25,781 nt of DNA from Lama guanicoe (lineage: Eukaryota). The translations under genes and the position numbers were made by a program. The DNA is taken from positions 7,493,902 through 7,519,682 of the forward strand of contig MU053652.1 in assembly GCA_013239625.1 (NCBI GenBank), given 5' to 3'. Positions 1 through 10,793 of this stretch are shown in pieces. Numbering within the stretch: the stretch's first letter is position 1; the number at the start of each line of letters is the position of its first letter. The notes under the pieces were generated by a model. It saw nothing but the letters and a program-made list of their open reading frames with translations, did no database searches and was not told the DNA's origin.

Positions 1-61
1 ATTACAAACTTCGTAGACATAGTCTAATTATTAACTCAAGATTGGTTCAAGTCAGATACCA

Positions 62-1070
62 CTGATTGATTCGGCAAGTGTGCTTAATGGATCCTGACCA
101 TGAACAAGTTACTGCACATTATAAAGGATTCACATGTAAACAGACAACTTTCCCCGGTGTGTCCAGGTGGATAAGTTATGCACTTAGTTATTCGTGATAC
201 AAAATAGGAAGGGGCAAGTTCTACAGAAGGTTAGCACATGGGAAGACAAAGATGAGAGTACTTTCCAATGAGAGCATCATGGGGTCTCTCCTATTGATGG
301 CACTTGGTCGGAGCCATGCAAGGTGGGTGGTCTTTCAACATGTGGGTAAAGGGTAAACCAAGATTTGAATACAAAAAAGAAAAAAATTGCGAGAAGAAAG
401 CCTGGAGTAAGACCGTGTGGACAGCATGTAGGAAATATCTAGGAGTGGGCTCTTCTGGGGAATAAAGTGAAGGAACTTGTAGAAACAGTGATGCCATCAG
501 CTGAGACCAGATGGTAAGGGCCTGATGTGCTCATGCGCAGGAGCCAGGGCTTTTCGTGGTCACTGCAGGTATTAAGCAGAGACTAAGTGATCAGAATGGT
601 GTTTTGCAGGGTGAATCTGCCTGAGGTGCTCAGGTGGACTGGAATGAGGAGGGCCTGGAAATAGTCAAAAGAGAATCTTCTTACAAATGTCAGGGGATTT
701 GGTAACAAGGGCCTCGACTGAGGGAATGCCCCTGAAACAAAGAAGAGAGGCGAGGTGGAGGGGAGATGTGGAGAACTTGGTAACTGGATGCTGGCAGTGG
801 GAAAGAAAAAGGACAAGGTGATGCTAGTAACAGAAGGAAAGGACACAGAAGGGGAAAAAGGCATTTGGAACAGAAGCTGAATATTCCATTTTAAGACATA
901 CTGAATTTTAGGTCTGGGGAAGTAGGTAAGTTAACTAGTAGATGTTAAACCAAAGGAAGAGCGAGTATCAAGAATGAAGGGAGGGTTCACGTACAGTATT
1001 AGAGAGAGAGGAGAAACAAAGAAAAGTCCTTGAAATCAGTGACTGAGAAGCACTGGTGAATCTCTATCTT
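62..1070 (-). mobile_element. Degenerate LINE-2 (L2) 3' region
   Basis: Purine-rich + strand with recognisable reverse-L2 motifs (e.g. 'gattgattcggcaagtgtgcttaatgg' near 64, 'attaagcagagactaagtgatcagaatggtgttttgcag' near 571, 'tgaatattccattttaagacatactgaattttagg' near 878). Boundaries approximate. Confidence 0.65.
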
Positions 1071-1594
1071 TGAAATATATGAGAAAAGGAAGAGAATATA
1101 TCCCAAAATAGTAATTTTATATACAGGTGGAGAGATTATGAGACTGTTCTTTCATATATATATTTTTTTCTATAATGACCAAGCAATTCTTGGGTAACAA
1201 AGAAAACAATAATGAAATGTCAACAGTCTTTGGTGGCACTTAGGTAGTGAGAACAGGAGCCATATGTGAAAAAGGTTGCAAAAGCCAATCGCTAAAAGCT
1301 CTGATTGTTTGAGATCATACTTGTTTCTTTCAGAAAAATTCTTCAAGCTCCATGTCTGCATTCACAGTAAATTGTCCTGCCAGTTTGATTCCATTGTAGC
1401 TCCCTGATCTGACTGAGATTTCATCACCTATAGATCTGTTGATCACATCTAGTGCCCAAGGGATGGATAACTGAGTCCTTAATGCTCTCCCATGAAAAAG
1501 AAAATGATCCTTATTTTCTATGGCATCTTCTCATGCCCATTGTTCTACAGAAGTCACTGGAAATGACTCCCAATCCAGGCAATTATAGTTGAAA

Positions 1595-1735
1595 AAACTA
1601 ACTTTAATGGAGTGGTTACTATGCAACATGTCTTTTAATAGTTTATTTATATGCATTATCTATGGGAATTCTCCCAATGATTGTGTGGCATCTCTGCTAT
1701 TATATTCCTTCCCTATTTTACTTAGGAGGAAGCTG
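1595..1735 (-). mobile_element. MIR SINE fragment (second copy ~3745-3880)
   Basis: 'ctaactttaatggagtggttactatg...atgcattatct...tattttacttaggagga' resembles the reverse MIR 3'/core consensus. Confidence 0.5.
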
Positions 1736-1949
1736 GTTATTTAGTGAGTGTAACCAAGTAGTGTGAAATAGATCGCTCCAACTTTCTTGTTTTTTTCCAG
1801 AATGGGGTTGGGCAATCTCCACCCAAGAAACTATGTGCTAAATGGTTCAAAGATTCATGAACTGCACATGAGTTCTCCCTAAATTACTAATATTATTCCT
1901 TCTCTGTGACTGCTAACAAAATGGAATTATGGATAGCCTGAAGACCATA

Positions 1950-2085
1950 GCTTCATTTCTAAGTCTCCCGGTATATGTATAGGGAAGTCACTTAACCCCC
2001 TTGGGTCTTTGATTTTGCTTACACAAAAATGGGTTAATACTTGGCTACCTACATCACAGTGGTGATTTGTAACTATTGATTAAAT
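1950..2085 (+). mobile_element. MIR SINE core (second copy ~4095-4230)
   Basis: 'gggaagtcacttaaccccc...aaaatgggttaata...ctacctacatcacagtggtg' matches the MIR core pattern (gggcaagtcacttaacctctct...aaaatggggataata...tacctacctcatagggttg). Confidence 0.7.
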
Positions 2086-2484
2086 AACTCCACAGAAGTT
2101 CTCCATAAACCGTGAAGTGGCTTGAAAATTATCCAGAAGTTCCTTGCTCTTCTGCCCTCTGCCCCAGGTAGAAAAACATTCCCAGTCTGTTTCTAGGGGC
2201 ATTGCTTGCTATCTAAATGAAGGACATTCAGAAAAGCTATGGCTCTGACTCTTATTCCCACTAAATAGGATTATATTTGTAAAATGCAACTAAACCTTAG
2301 CTAAAACAAGAGATTATAACATTAATGGTTTTACTTTTCAGAATACTATATTTTAGGTTGAACCCAAAGATGAAATGCTAAAAATCATGCAGGGAATTAT
2401 AATGTTTCTAGTAATTTTTTCTGGGAAAAATAAAAGTCAACCTGTTTGTTTTCAGAGGCCTCCAAACTCTTGTATCTAGGTTTA

Positions 2485-2905
2485 TATTTATTCAACATTT
2501 TTGAGGACCTGCTGTGGGTCATGCACTCAAGAACCTCATAGCTCAGTGATCAAATAGGGAAGAAAGTAATATTCAGCCTTGACCTGAGAAGGCAAGAGAA
2601 GCTCTGGGTGGATAGAACAGCAGGTACAAAGACTTGGAGGTAAAACAGAGCTTGATGTGTCTAGCGAACTGAAAGTGATCTGGGGAATTAGGGTGAAATC
2701 AGCAGATTTTCCAAAAGTGACACTCAAGCACTAAAGAGGGAAGCCAGATAGATAGTAGAGGACCTTGTAGTCTGTGTTAAAATGTGAGGACTTTATCCTG
2801 AGGACAGTGAAGAGTCGTTGATGACTTTTAAGCATAAAACAATTTTTATAATTTTCAAACATCTCTCTGGTTCATGTAGAGAATGGACTGGATGAATGGG
2901 ATCAA
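2485..2905 (-). mobile_element. L2 3' end fragment (second copy ~4630-5050)
   Basis: 'tttattcaacatttttgaggacctgctgtgggtc' is the L2 terminus. 'aacagcaggtacaaagacttggagg' and 'ggactttatcctgaggacagtgaagagtcgttgatgacttttaagca' are typical reverse L2 motifs. Confidence 0.75.
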
Positions 2906-2936
2906 GTTTGTTCATCTTTCTCCTGTTGTAGCCCCA

Positions 2937-3244
2937 TTTAAAAAAAATCAACTTTACTGTTATATGATTTACATAAAACAAAATGTACCAATTCCAAACA
3001 TACAGTTAAATGCATTTAGAATAGTGCACACACCTGTGTAACTACCACCACAATCCAGATACAGATTATTTCCATCACTTCCAAAGTATTATCCTGCCCT
3101 CCTGCTGTCAGTTTCTTCTGTCTAACCCCAGCTCCCACATCACCCACTGGACCCACTAATGCCATCTTTTGTCACAGTAGTTAGCTTTGGCTTTTCTAAA
3201 ATACAAGAATGATTATCTTACCAGTTTTTGAGATTCATCACATT

Positions 3245-3282
<38 letters not shown>

Positions 3283-3730
3283 CACTGTTACATTCCCTTT
3301 AATGTGTAGTATTCCATTTTATAGATATGTCACCATTGGTTTTTCCCAGTCATGTGTCATGGAAATTTGCATTATTTCCAGCTTTCAGCTATTATAAACA
3401 ATGTTGCTATGACCATCTATGTACAAGTATTTGTGTAGGCATAAAATTTCCTTTCTCTTGCCTAGATTCCTAAGAGTGGAATGGCGGGGTCATATGGTAG
3501 GCAAATGTATCTTTAACTATATAAATAACTTGAAAACTATTTTCCAAAGTGTTTGTCATATTTTACATTCCCAACAGCAGTAGGAGGGTTCCAATTGTTC
3601 CTCATCTTTACCAACATCAGGTATTGTCAGTCTTTCTAATTTTAGACATTTTAGTGAGTGTATAGTGGCATCTTGTTACGGTTTTAATTTGCATTTCCCC
3701 AATGATTAATGATATTAAGCAGCTTTCTGT
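2937..3730 (-). mobile_element. Old L1M (L1MB/MC/ME-type) 3' end, truncated by the duplication junction
   Basis: 'caactttactgttatatgatttacataaaacaaaatgtacc...gtgtaactaccaccacaatccagatacag...cctaagagtggaatggcggggtcatatggtag...ttttacattcccaacagcag' is a reverse L1 3' UTR/ORF2 tail. Confidence 0.9.
3251..3280 (+). repeat. (GT)15 microsatellite
   Basis: Directly visible. Confidence 0.98.
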
Positions 3731-5389
3731 AATTATAGTTGAAAAAACTAACTTTAATGGAGTGGTTACTATGATGTCTTTTAATTAATAATTTATTTAC
3801 ATGCATTATCTATGGGAATTCTCCCAATGATTGTGTGGCATCTCTGCTATTATATTCCTTATTTTACTTAGGAGGAAGCTGGTTATTTAGTGAGTGTAAC
3901 TAAGTAGTGTGAAATAGATCGCTCCAACTTTCTTGTTTTTTTCCAGAATGGGGTTGGGCAATCTCCACCAAGAAACTATATGCTAAATGGTTCAAAGATT
4001 CGTGAACTGCACATGAGTTCTCCCTAAATTACTAATATTATTCCTTCTCTGTGACTGCTAACAAAATGGAATTATGGATAGCCTGAAGACCATAGCTTCA
4101 TTTCTAAGTCTCCCGGTATATGTATAGGGAAGTCACTTAACCCCCTTGGGTCTTTGATTTTGCTTACACAAAAATGGGTTAATACTTGGCTACCTACATC
4201 ACAGTGGTGATTTGTAACTATTGATTAAATAACTCCACAGAAGTTCTCCATAAACCGTGAAGTGGCTTGAAAATTATCCAGAAGTTCCTTGCTCTTCTGC
4301 CCTCTGCCCCAGGTAGAAAAACATTCCCAGTCTGTTTCTAGGGGCATTGCTTGCTATCTAAATGAAGGACATTCAGAAAAGCTATGGCTCTGACTCTTAT
4401 TCCCACTAAATAGGATTATATTTGTAAAATGCAACTAAACCTTAGCTAAAACAAGAGATTATAACATTAATGGTTTTACTTTTCAGAATACTATATTTTA
4501 GGTTGAACCCAAAGATGAAATGCTAAAAATCATGCAGGGAATTATAATGTTTCTAGTAATTTTTTCTGGGAAAAATAAAAGTCAACCTGTTTGTTTTCAG
4601 AGGCCTCCAAACTCTTGTATCTAGGTTTATATTTATTCAACATTTTTGAGGACCTGCTGTGGGTCATGCACTCAAGAACCTCATAGCTCAGTGATCAAAT
4701 AGGGAAGAAAGTAATATTCAGCCTTGACCTGAGAAGGCAAGAGAAGCTCTGGGTGGATAGAACAGCAGGTACAAAGACTTGGAGGTAAAACAGAGCTTGA
4801 TGTGTCTAGCGAACTGAAAGTGATCTGGGGAATTAGGGTGAAATCAGCAGATTTTCCAAAAGTGACACTCGAGCACTAAAGAGGGAAGCCAGATAGATAG
4901 TAGAGGACCTTGTAGTCTGTGTTAAAATGTGAGGACTTTATCCTGAGGACAGTGAAGAGTCGTTGATGACTTTTAAGCATAAAACAATTTTTATAATTTT
5001 CAAACATCTCTCTGGTTCATGTAGAGAATGGACTGGATGAATGGGATCAAGTTTGTTCATCTTTCTCCTGTTGTAGCCCCATTTAAAAAAAATCAACTTT
5101 ACTGTTATATGATTTACATAAAACAAAATGTACCAATTCCAAACATACAGTTAAATGCATTTAGAATAGTGCACACACCTGTGTAACTACCACCACAATC
5201 CAGATACAGATTATTTCCATCACTTCCAAAGTATTATCCTGCCCTCCTGCTGTCAGTTTCTTCTGTCTAACCCCAGCTCCCACATCACCCACTGGACCCA
5301 CTAATGCCATCTTTTGCCACAGTAGTTAGCTTTGGCTTTTCTAAAATACAAGAATGATTATCTTACCAGTTTTTGAGATTCATCACATT

Positions 5390-5427
<38 letters not shown>

Positions 5428-5875
5428 CACTGTTACATTCCCTTTAATGTGTAGTATTCCATTTTATAGATATGTCACCATTGGTTTTTCCCAGTCATGT
5501 GTCATGGAAATTTGCATTATTTCCAGCTTTCAGCTATTATAAACAATGTTGCTATGACCATTTATGTACAAGTATTTGTGTAGGCATAAAATTTCCTTTC
5601 TCTTGCCTAGATTCCTAAGAGTGGAATGGCGGGGTCATATGGTAGGCAAATGTATCTTTAACTATATAAATAACTTGAAAACTATTTTCCAAAGTGTTTG
5701 TCATATTTTACATTCCCAACAGCAGTAGGAGGGTTCCAATTGTTCCTCATCTTTACCAACATCAGGTATTGTCAGTCTTTCTAATTTTAGACATTTTAGT
5801 GAGTGTATAGTGGCATCTTGTTACGGTTTTAATTTGCATTTCCCCAATGATTAATGATATTAAGCAGCTTTCTGT
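3731..5875 (+). repeat. Tandem duplication, copy 2 (2145 bp)
   Basis: Direct base-by-base comparison with 1581-3730 gives 8 substitutions and 4 small indels (net -5 bp). Confidence 0.98.
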
Positions 5876-6098
5876 GTAGTTCCTTGCCATCCCATATATA
5901 TTCTCTGGTAAAGTTTGTTAAAATTGTTTGCTTCTTTCTTGATTGGATTGTTTGTTTTATTACTGAGTTCTTTATATATTCTCAGAACAATTCTTTTGTG
6001 AGATACATGTATTTCAAATATTTTCTCCCAGTCTAGGGCTTGCCTTTTGATTTTTTTAATGATACTTTCAAAGAGTATTAAGTTATAAAATTGTGACA
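5082..6098 (-). mobile_element. Old L1M 3' UTR plus degenerate ORF2 C-terminal fragment
   Basis: Same element as 2937-3730, continuing past the duplication end. Minus-strand ORF 5860-6099 reads IKKIKRQALDWEKIFEIHVSHKRIVLRIYKEL..KTNNPIKK, matching L1 ORF2 ([36 protein letters not shown]). Confidence 0.92.
5396..5425 (+). repeat. (GT)15 microsatellite (duplicate copy, identical length)
   Basis: Directly visible. Confidence 0.98.
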
Positions 6099-6109
6099 AA
6101 ATTGGGTAG

Positions 6110-6509
6110 CACTTAAAGCTCTAGTTAAAAAACAGAGACTGATAGATGGATTTTAAAAAGCAAGACCCTACATACTGACTAGAAAGCTAGATTTTAAATA
6201 CAAAGACATAAAGAAGCTGAAAACATAAGAGATAAAAAAAAAAGATATGCCAGGCAAACACGAAACATGAGAAGACTGAAGTGGATGATAAAATGGCTTT
6301 CAAGACAAATGGTATTACTAGAGATAAAAAAGGGCATTTTACAATGTTACAAGGAATAGTGTATCAGGAAGCAACAACTGTAAGTGTATATCATATTTAC
6401 AGAGTTTTAAAATACATGAAGCAAAAATTTATAGAATTAAAGAAAGAACTAGACAATTTCAAGGCTAAAACTAGGGCAATAGTTGTCTTTTGGCAACTGA
6501 TAGAACAAC
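6110..6509 (+). mobile_element. Old L1 ORF2 endonuclease-domain fragment, part 1 (degenerate)
   Basis: ORF 6281-6514 DKMAFKTNGITRDKKGHFTMLQGIVYQE...KYMKQKFIELKKELD matches L1 EN ([28 protein letters not shown]...KYMKQKLTELKGEID). Upstream 'aaacagagactgatagatggattttaaaaagcaagaccc' corresponds to the KRQRL.EWIKKQDP region. Confidence 0.9.
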
Positions 6510-6611
6510 TGTGAAGGAAAAACCAGGCTGGTCTAACAAGATAACTCACAAGTCTAGGAATGTGAAGGAGAGGCTGGGCTGGGCTAACAAGATAACTCAC
6601 AAATCTAAGTA
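6510..6611 (+). repeat. 51-bp imperfect tandem repeat (2 copies) at the LTR U3 start
   Basis: tgtgaagga...ggctgg(t/g)ctaacaagataactcacaa(g/a)tcta at 6510-6560 and 6561-6611. Confidence 0.92.
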
Positions 6612-6799
6612 TTGGAATACTGATCTGAGTTCTGCTAGACTAACTTGTAAATCTAGGTTAATTAGTGTTGGTTTGCTGTTCATGCTTTTTGGTAGCCAGC
6701 TGGGTTTTCAAAGATACATATCTGGCTTTGGAATGTTGGTTTGCTGCCTCCCCACCTCCACTTTTGTGATGATAATGCTGCTAAAGCTGTTCCATGCCT

Positions 6800-6839
6800 A
6801 TTGGCCGAATACCCCAAGCTTGTACTTTACCCTATAAAA
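6800..6839 (+). promoter_or_regulatory. LTR promoter: inverted CCAAT box and TATA box
   Basis: ATTGG at 6800-6804 and TATAAAA at 6833-6839, in the expected U3 position. Activity is not shown. Confidence 0.55.
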
Positions 6840-6977
6840 CCTCATGCGCACGTCTTGGAGGTGCTCAGAGCTTCGGAGCAGAAGCCACTCTGAGCCCGCC
6901 GGCGTAATACATCTGAGTACTCCAACCCTCCGAGTGGTGCTTGTTTCTTGACTGGCCTGTCGTTTCCGTAACACAAC

Positions 6978-7250
6978 TAGACATACATCAGTACATTGCT
7001 TAACTCTGATTAATCTGTATGGAACACTAGAGCCAGCTGCTAAAAAATACACAATATTCTCAGGTTCACCTGAAACAGTCACCAAGTTAGATCATAACAC
7101 ATTTCAATAAATTTAAAATAATCAACATCACATGAAATGTATTCTCTGACCACAACAGAATGAAGTTAGGAATTAATCAAAGGAAGATGTCTAGGAAAAA
7201 GTCCCATAAATCTGGAGATTAAACAACACACTTCTAAATAATTGATGGGC
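6978..7250 (+). mobile_element. Old L1 ORF2 endonuclease fragment, part 2
   Basis: 'tatggaacactagagccagc...aatacacaatattctcaggttcacctgaaacagtcaccaagttagatcata...attctctgaccacaacagaatgaagttaggaattaatc...ctggagattaaacaacacacttctaaataattgatggg' corresponds to the EN C-terminal motifs (YT.FS..H.T..K.DH; FSDHN.MKL; W.LNNTLLNN.W). Confidence 0.9.
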
Positions 7251-8014
7251 CAGTTAACATTGAACAATTCTTATCTCAGAAATTTATAAATAACAAAAGA
7301 CAAATGATAAACAAATGATCAACTATCTCACAGAATTATTGTGCAAATAAAATGAGGGAATAGAGATAAGATTGTTCTTACTATTTGGAAGTGGTATGCA
7401 AATACAACACTATCTAAAAATAAAGACTTTGGAGCCTTCCTAAAGAACAGGATTCTGTTCTTCACCCTTTTCAGGCTACTTCTGATGAAAAAGCCACCTA
7501 CGAACCACATCACAGTCCTCCCCAAGATATCATCAACTCCACACAGAATTCACTCTCACTCAGAGTAGCACAGGAGAATTGTGATGCCGTTTTGGTTTTT
7601 GAGTGAATTTATTGTGGAGAACTTAGTTACTTGAGGCATTCTAAGTGTATACACAACACCAACATTAGTCTATGTTGGAATCAGAAGGGGAAAAAAAAGG
7701 AATAAAAATAACCAAATATTTGATGAGCAAAAACCAGAATTATATTTTCTGGAGTAACTCTTTCCTTGCCTACAAAATATAGTTAACAATCCTTGACTAG
7801 CAGGAAGTGTCCTTTTCTTCACCCCTGTGTTGCTGTCCTGTTTCAGGTTCAGTCACTGCACATGACCAGTAGAATTATGTATAGCCAGAATCTATTCTAT
7901 TTAACTTACAAGTACCAAGACATTGTCTCAGAGCTTGACCTATATTAATATAGTCCTCTTGGCCATACATTGAGTCAAGTGACATTATTACCTTCATTGT
8001 GTAAATAATGAGCC

Positions 8015-8210
8015 TGTGCTAAGTCTATGGAATAAGATAAACCTAATTTTGATTGTAGCTTATCAACTTCCTAGATATCTAGTGTTGGGCAAGTTAACTT
8101 GTGTCAGTATCAATGTTTCCATTAGGAAAATTGCTGTTTGGATTGGCAAAAGAGGCTGTTTTACAGACAGAGTAAACTAAGGTCTGAGAAGGTTATCCAG
8201 GTGAATCTCA
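8015..8210. mobile_element. Two degenerate MIR fragments (+ strand ~8015-8130; - strand ~8158-8210)
   Basis: 'ttgggcaagttaacttg' (+ core) and 'ttttacagacagagtaaactaaggtctgagaaggtta' (reverse core). Confidence 0.5.
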
Positions 8211-8689
8211 GTCATCAGAACATTTGTCTAGGCTGTAACTAATCTTGAGGACAGGACAAGTTCTGTTCCTATAACATACACATACACTTTCTGAGATGGA
8301 TGAGAGATGGCAATGATGACTTGGACTTGGTCCTTCCAAAGAAAACCAAGTGAATGTTAAGTGTCATAAGTTTGCAAAGGCAAGAAGGAAAATGTAACAA
8401 TGGCTATTTGATACCCACTCCCATATAGATGTGGTGGAGACTTAATGGTCATTAAATACAGATGTCAAGGCACCAAAAATGGGGTTAAGCACCACCTCTG
8501 CTAGAATTTCCAGGAAAATGACCTCAAATCTATGGGCTTTCATTATTTCAGGTTGGGTTATATTTGTTAGCAGTGTGAATCTTGTTACATGAATAGCTGG
8601 TTTTGTTAACCAAATACACACATAACAGGAGGCCCAAGACTGACAGAAGATAGGATTTATTAATTTTAAACACATTTTATATACACGAA

Positions 8690-8920
8690 ATTCTGCTATG
8701 CACTAGATTTATTATTATCTAAGACAGATGATACCTGACCTCATTGTGTTTCAGTAGAGAAGATAAACATTGATTAGCTATCCAAATAATAAATTAAAGA
8801 CATGAAAGGTAACAAAATTTTGCTATGAAACATAAGACTAGGAGTGCCCTAATTATAGTTTCAGTGGAGTTGAGGGAAATTTTTTTGGTAACAAAATTTA
8901 AACTAGCCTGAAGGATAAGG
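8690..8920 (-). mobile_element. Degenerate L2 fragment
   Basis: 'aagacagatgatacctgacctcattgtgtttcagtagagaagataaacatt' and 'atttaaactagcctgaaggataag' resemble reverse L2. Confidence 0.45.
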
Positions 8921-8929
8921 CTGATCTAA

Positions 8930-8980
8930 ATAATAATTATTATTATTATAACTTATTATTATTATTATTATTTTATTATT
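8930..8980 (+). repeat. (ATT)n low-complexity microsatellite
   Basis: Directly visible imperfect ATT/TTA array. Confidence 0.9.
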
Positions 8981-9877
8981 TTGCTCTAAGAAGTTTTGTT
9001 ACATGGCAAAGGAGATGGCCATTAGTGTTATTGTTAGAAATAATGAAATTCAAACCTTGATTGCTGCTTAGATCTATGACATGTGAAAGTTATCAGAAAA
9101 CTAAGCATTTTCCTAAAAGGGAAAATAAGGCAGCTCTTTGGATACCACATACTAGGCATGGCTTAGGACATCTGGACACTGTATTGAGACTGTCTTGATC
9201 ACTAAATATTATGGAGCCTTGAAGAGGTTACTTAAAACCCTGTGTCTTCCTTCTTGAGCTAATGAAGAAGTAATAAGACCATTCCAGTCTATTTTATAGT
9301 GACATAATATAGCTGAATAGAAGGTATCTAAATTCTCTGACTATTTCAAGTTGTATAATAATGTTAACATAAATTATCCTGATGGATAGCAATGCTAATC
9401 TTTAAAACATTTTATGAAAAAAAAATTTTACATTACTCTCATAGTGAAATTCTTGGTGTAGGTAGTCCATAATGTTATTTCCTTTCCACTGTCCATTCTC
9501 TTCCTTGAGAAATAAATATGCACTCAGACAGAAAATATCCATGTCGGAAAATGTGGAGAGTAGTCAAAAGTAAATTAGCAGCCAGCCTTCTTCATGAATA
9601 TTTAAAATAGCCAGTTTGAAAGCCCACCTCCATTTGTACTAATTTTTGTTATTTTGAAAGTCACCTGTGGTTTTGGCTCCTGGAGAATTTTAAAGAATCT
9701 TAAAGAATTTATTTTCCTGCACAGCATAATTTGCAAAGAAAAAAAGCCAATGAGTGCCTATGAAGCATTTTGCTACGATTCAATTCCTAATAGCCTAGAC
9801 TGCTTTTTAAATTAGGGTTTCCTAATCTCAGAAGATAAGCAAGCTACCCCCTCTCCATGCTTCTGGATAGGTATATA

Positions 9878-9945
9878 GGGAGGGAGGGAGGGAGAGAGGT
9901 AGCTGGGTAGATAGATGATAGATTGATAGACAGGTAGATTGTTAG
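9878..9945 (+). repeat. GGGAGGGAGGGAGGG tract (G-quadruplex motif) followed by a degenerate (GATA)n repeat
   Basis: GGGAGGGAGGGAGGG at 9878-9892, then gtagatagatgatagattgatagacaggtagat. Confidence 0.8.
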
Positions 9946-10793
9946 ATCATCCTCCTTGTTGTCCTACCTATCATAAAGCCCTATTACAATCTACGGCCAA
10001 GTTCCCAAAGACTAAAGAGCAAGAGAAAGAGACTGTTGATGCCTGAAGGAATTCTTTTGCATTGTTTCTCTTGCGCCCTAATATAGCTCTCCTGCATAGG
10101 AATGAAACATTAGATGTAAGTGTAGTATTTCCATTTGGAAGTAGGGCACCAGATGTCTTCTTAAATTTCCATGCCACTTAATCTAGCTCGAAGCTTGGTT
10201 ATCTTTCAATTCACAAAGAAGGCAACAACAGCTACATAAGGTCAAATTTTCAGCAAATCTGTGAAGTAATGAAGTGTACAAAGTATGCTAATAAGGAAAG
10301 CAGCTAAATTAATTCCTCGAGGTAGGTACAAATATATGGCTCTAGGAGCCATTTTCTGGTGCAGTGCAAGAAGTGACCTGTGAACGGGAGGGGTTAACAC
10401 TGGAAGGCAAGAATTTGAGAGTTTCTGAACATTGTCGAGGGATTACCACTCAATTAGCCTTGCTCATGCTACTGTTAAATTTACTACCTTGCAGGTCCAC
10501 TTCCATCCACATAAATAACAAAAGATGTCAGTACCCCCAAGATAGTCACCCAGAGACCCACTCACGTCAAAATCATCTGCCACATCAACTGTCTAAATAC
10601 AGAAAATAAATTGGCAAAAGATGTAAGGTTGGTATGTCCATTTAAATCACAACCATGATTTTTCATAGGTTACTAGTATATTTGTCAAAATTTCTAAGTC
10701 CTTCATTGTAGGTGAGAGGGGGAAAATGCTATATTTAAATAGGCTTTGTACTATTCTTTTAAAGAAGTCAAGTAATTTGATCAGAACATGATG

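Larger units (their letters stand above)
1581..3730 (+). repeat. Tandem duplication, copy 1 (2150 bp)
   Basis: Starts 'aattatagttgaaaaaacta' and ends 'taagcagctttctgt'. Repeated immediately at 3731-5875; identical 62-aa ORF pairs in the track are offset by 2145 bp. Confidence 0.98.
6510..6973 (+). mobile_element. ERV1-class solo LTR (464 bp)
   Basis: Termini TGTGAAGG...CCGTAACA are TG...CA with an imperfect inverted repeat. 4-bp TSD CAAC at 6506-6509 and 6974-6977; removing the LTR restores L1 'gatagaacaactagaca'. Also ATTGG 6800-6804, TATAAAA 6833-6839, polyA-signal-like AATACA 6906-6911. A 4-bp TSD is typical of ERV1/gammaretroviral integrase. Confidence 0.9.

Noticed and set aside
2793..5542. 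Duplicated pairs of 62-aa ORFs
   Set aside because: They lie in L2/L1 relics and the GT microsatellite (VCVCVC). Their identity only reflects the tandem duplication.
6490..6837. 115-aa ORF with an internal repeat (GWSNKITHKS/GWANKITHKS)
   Set aside because: It is a translation of the 51-bp LTR U3 repeat, has a non-ATG start and spans the L1/LTR boundary.
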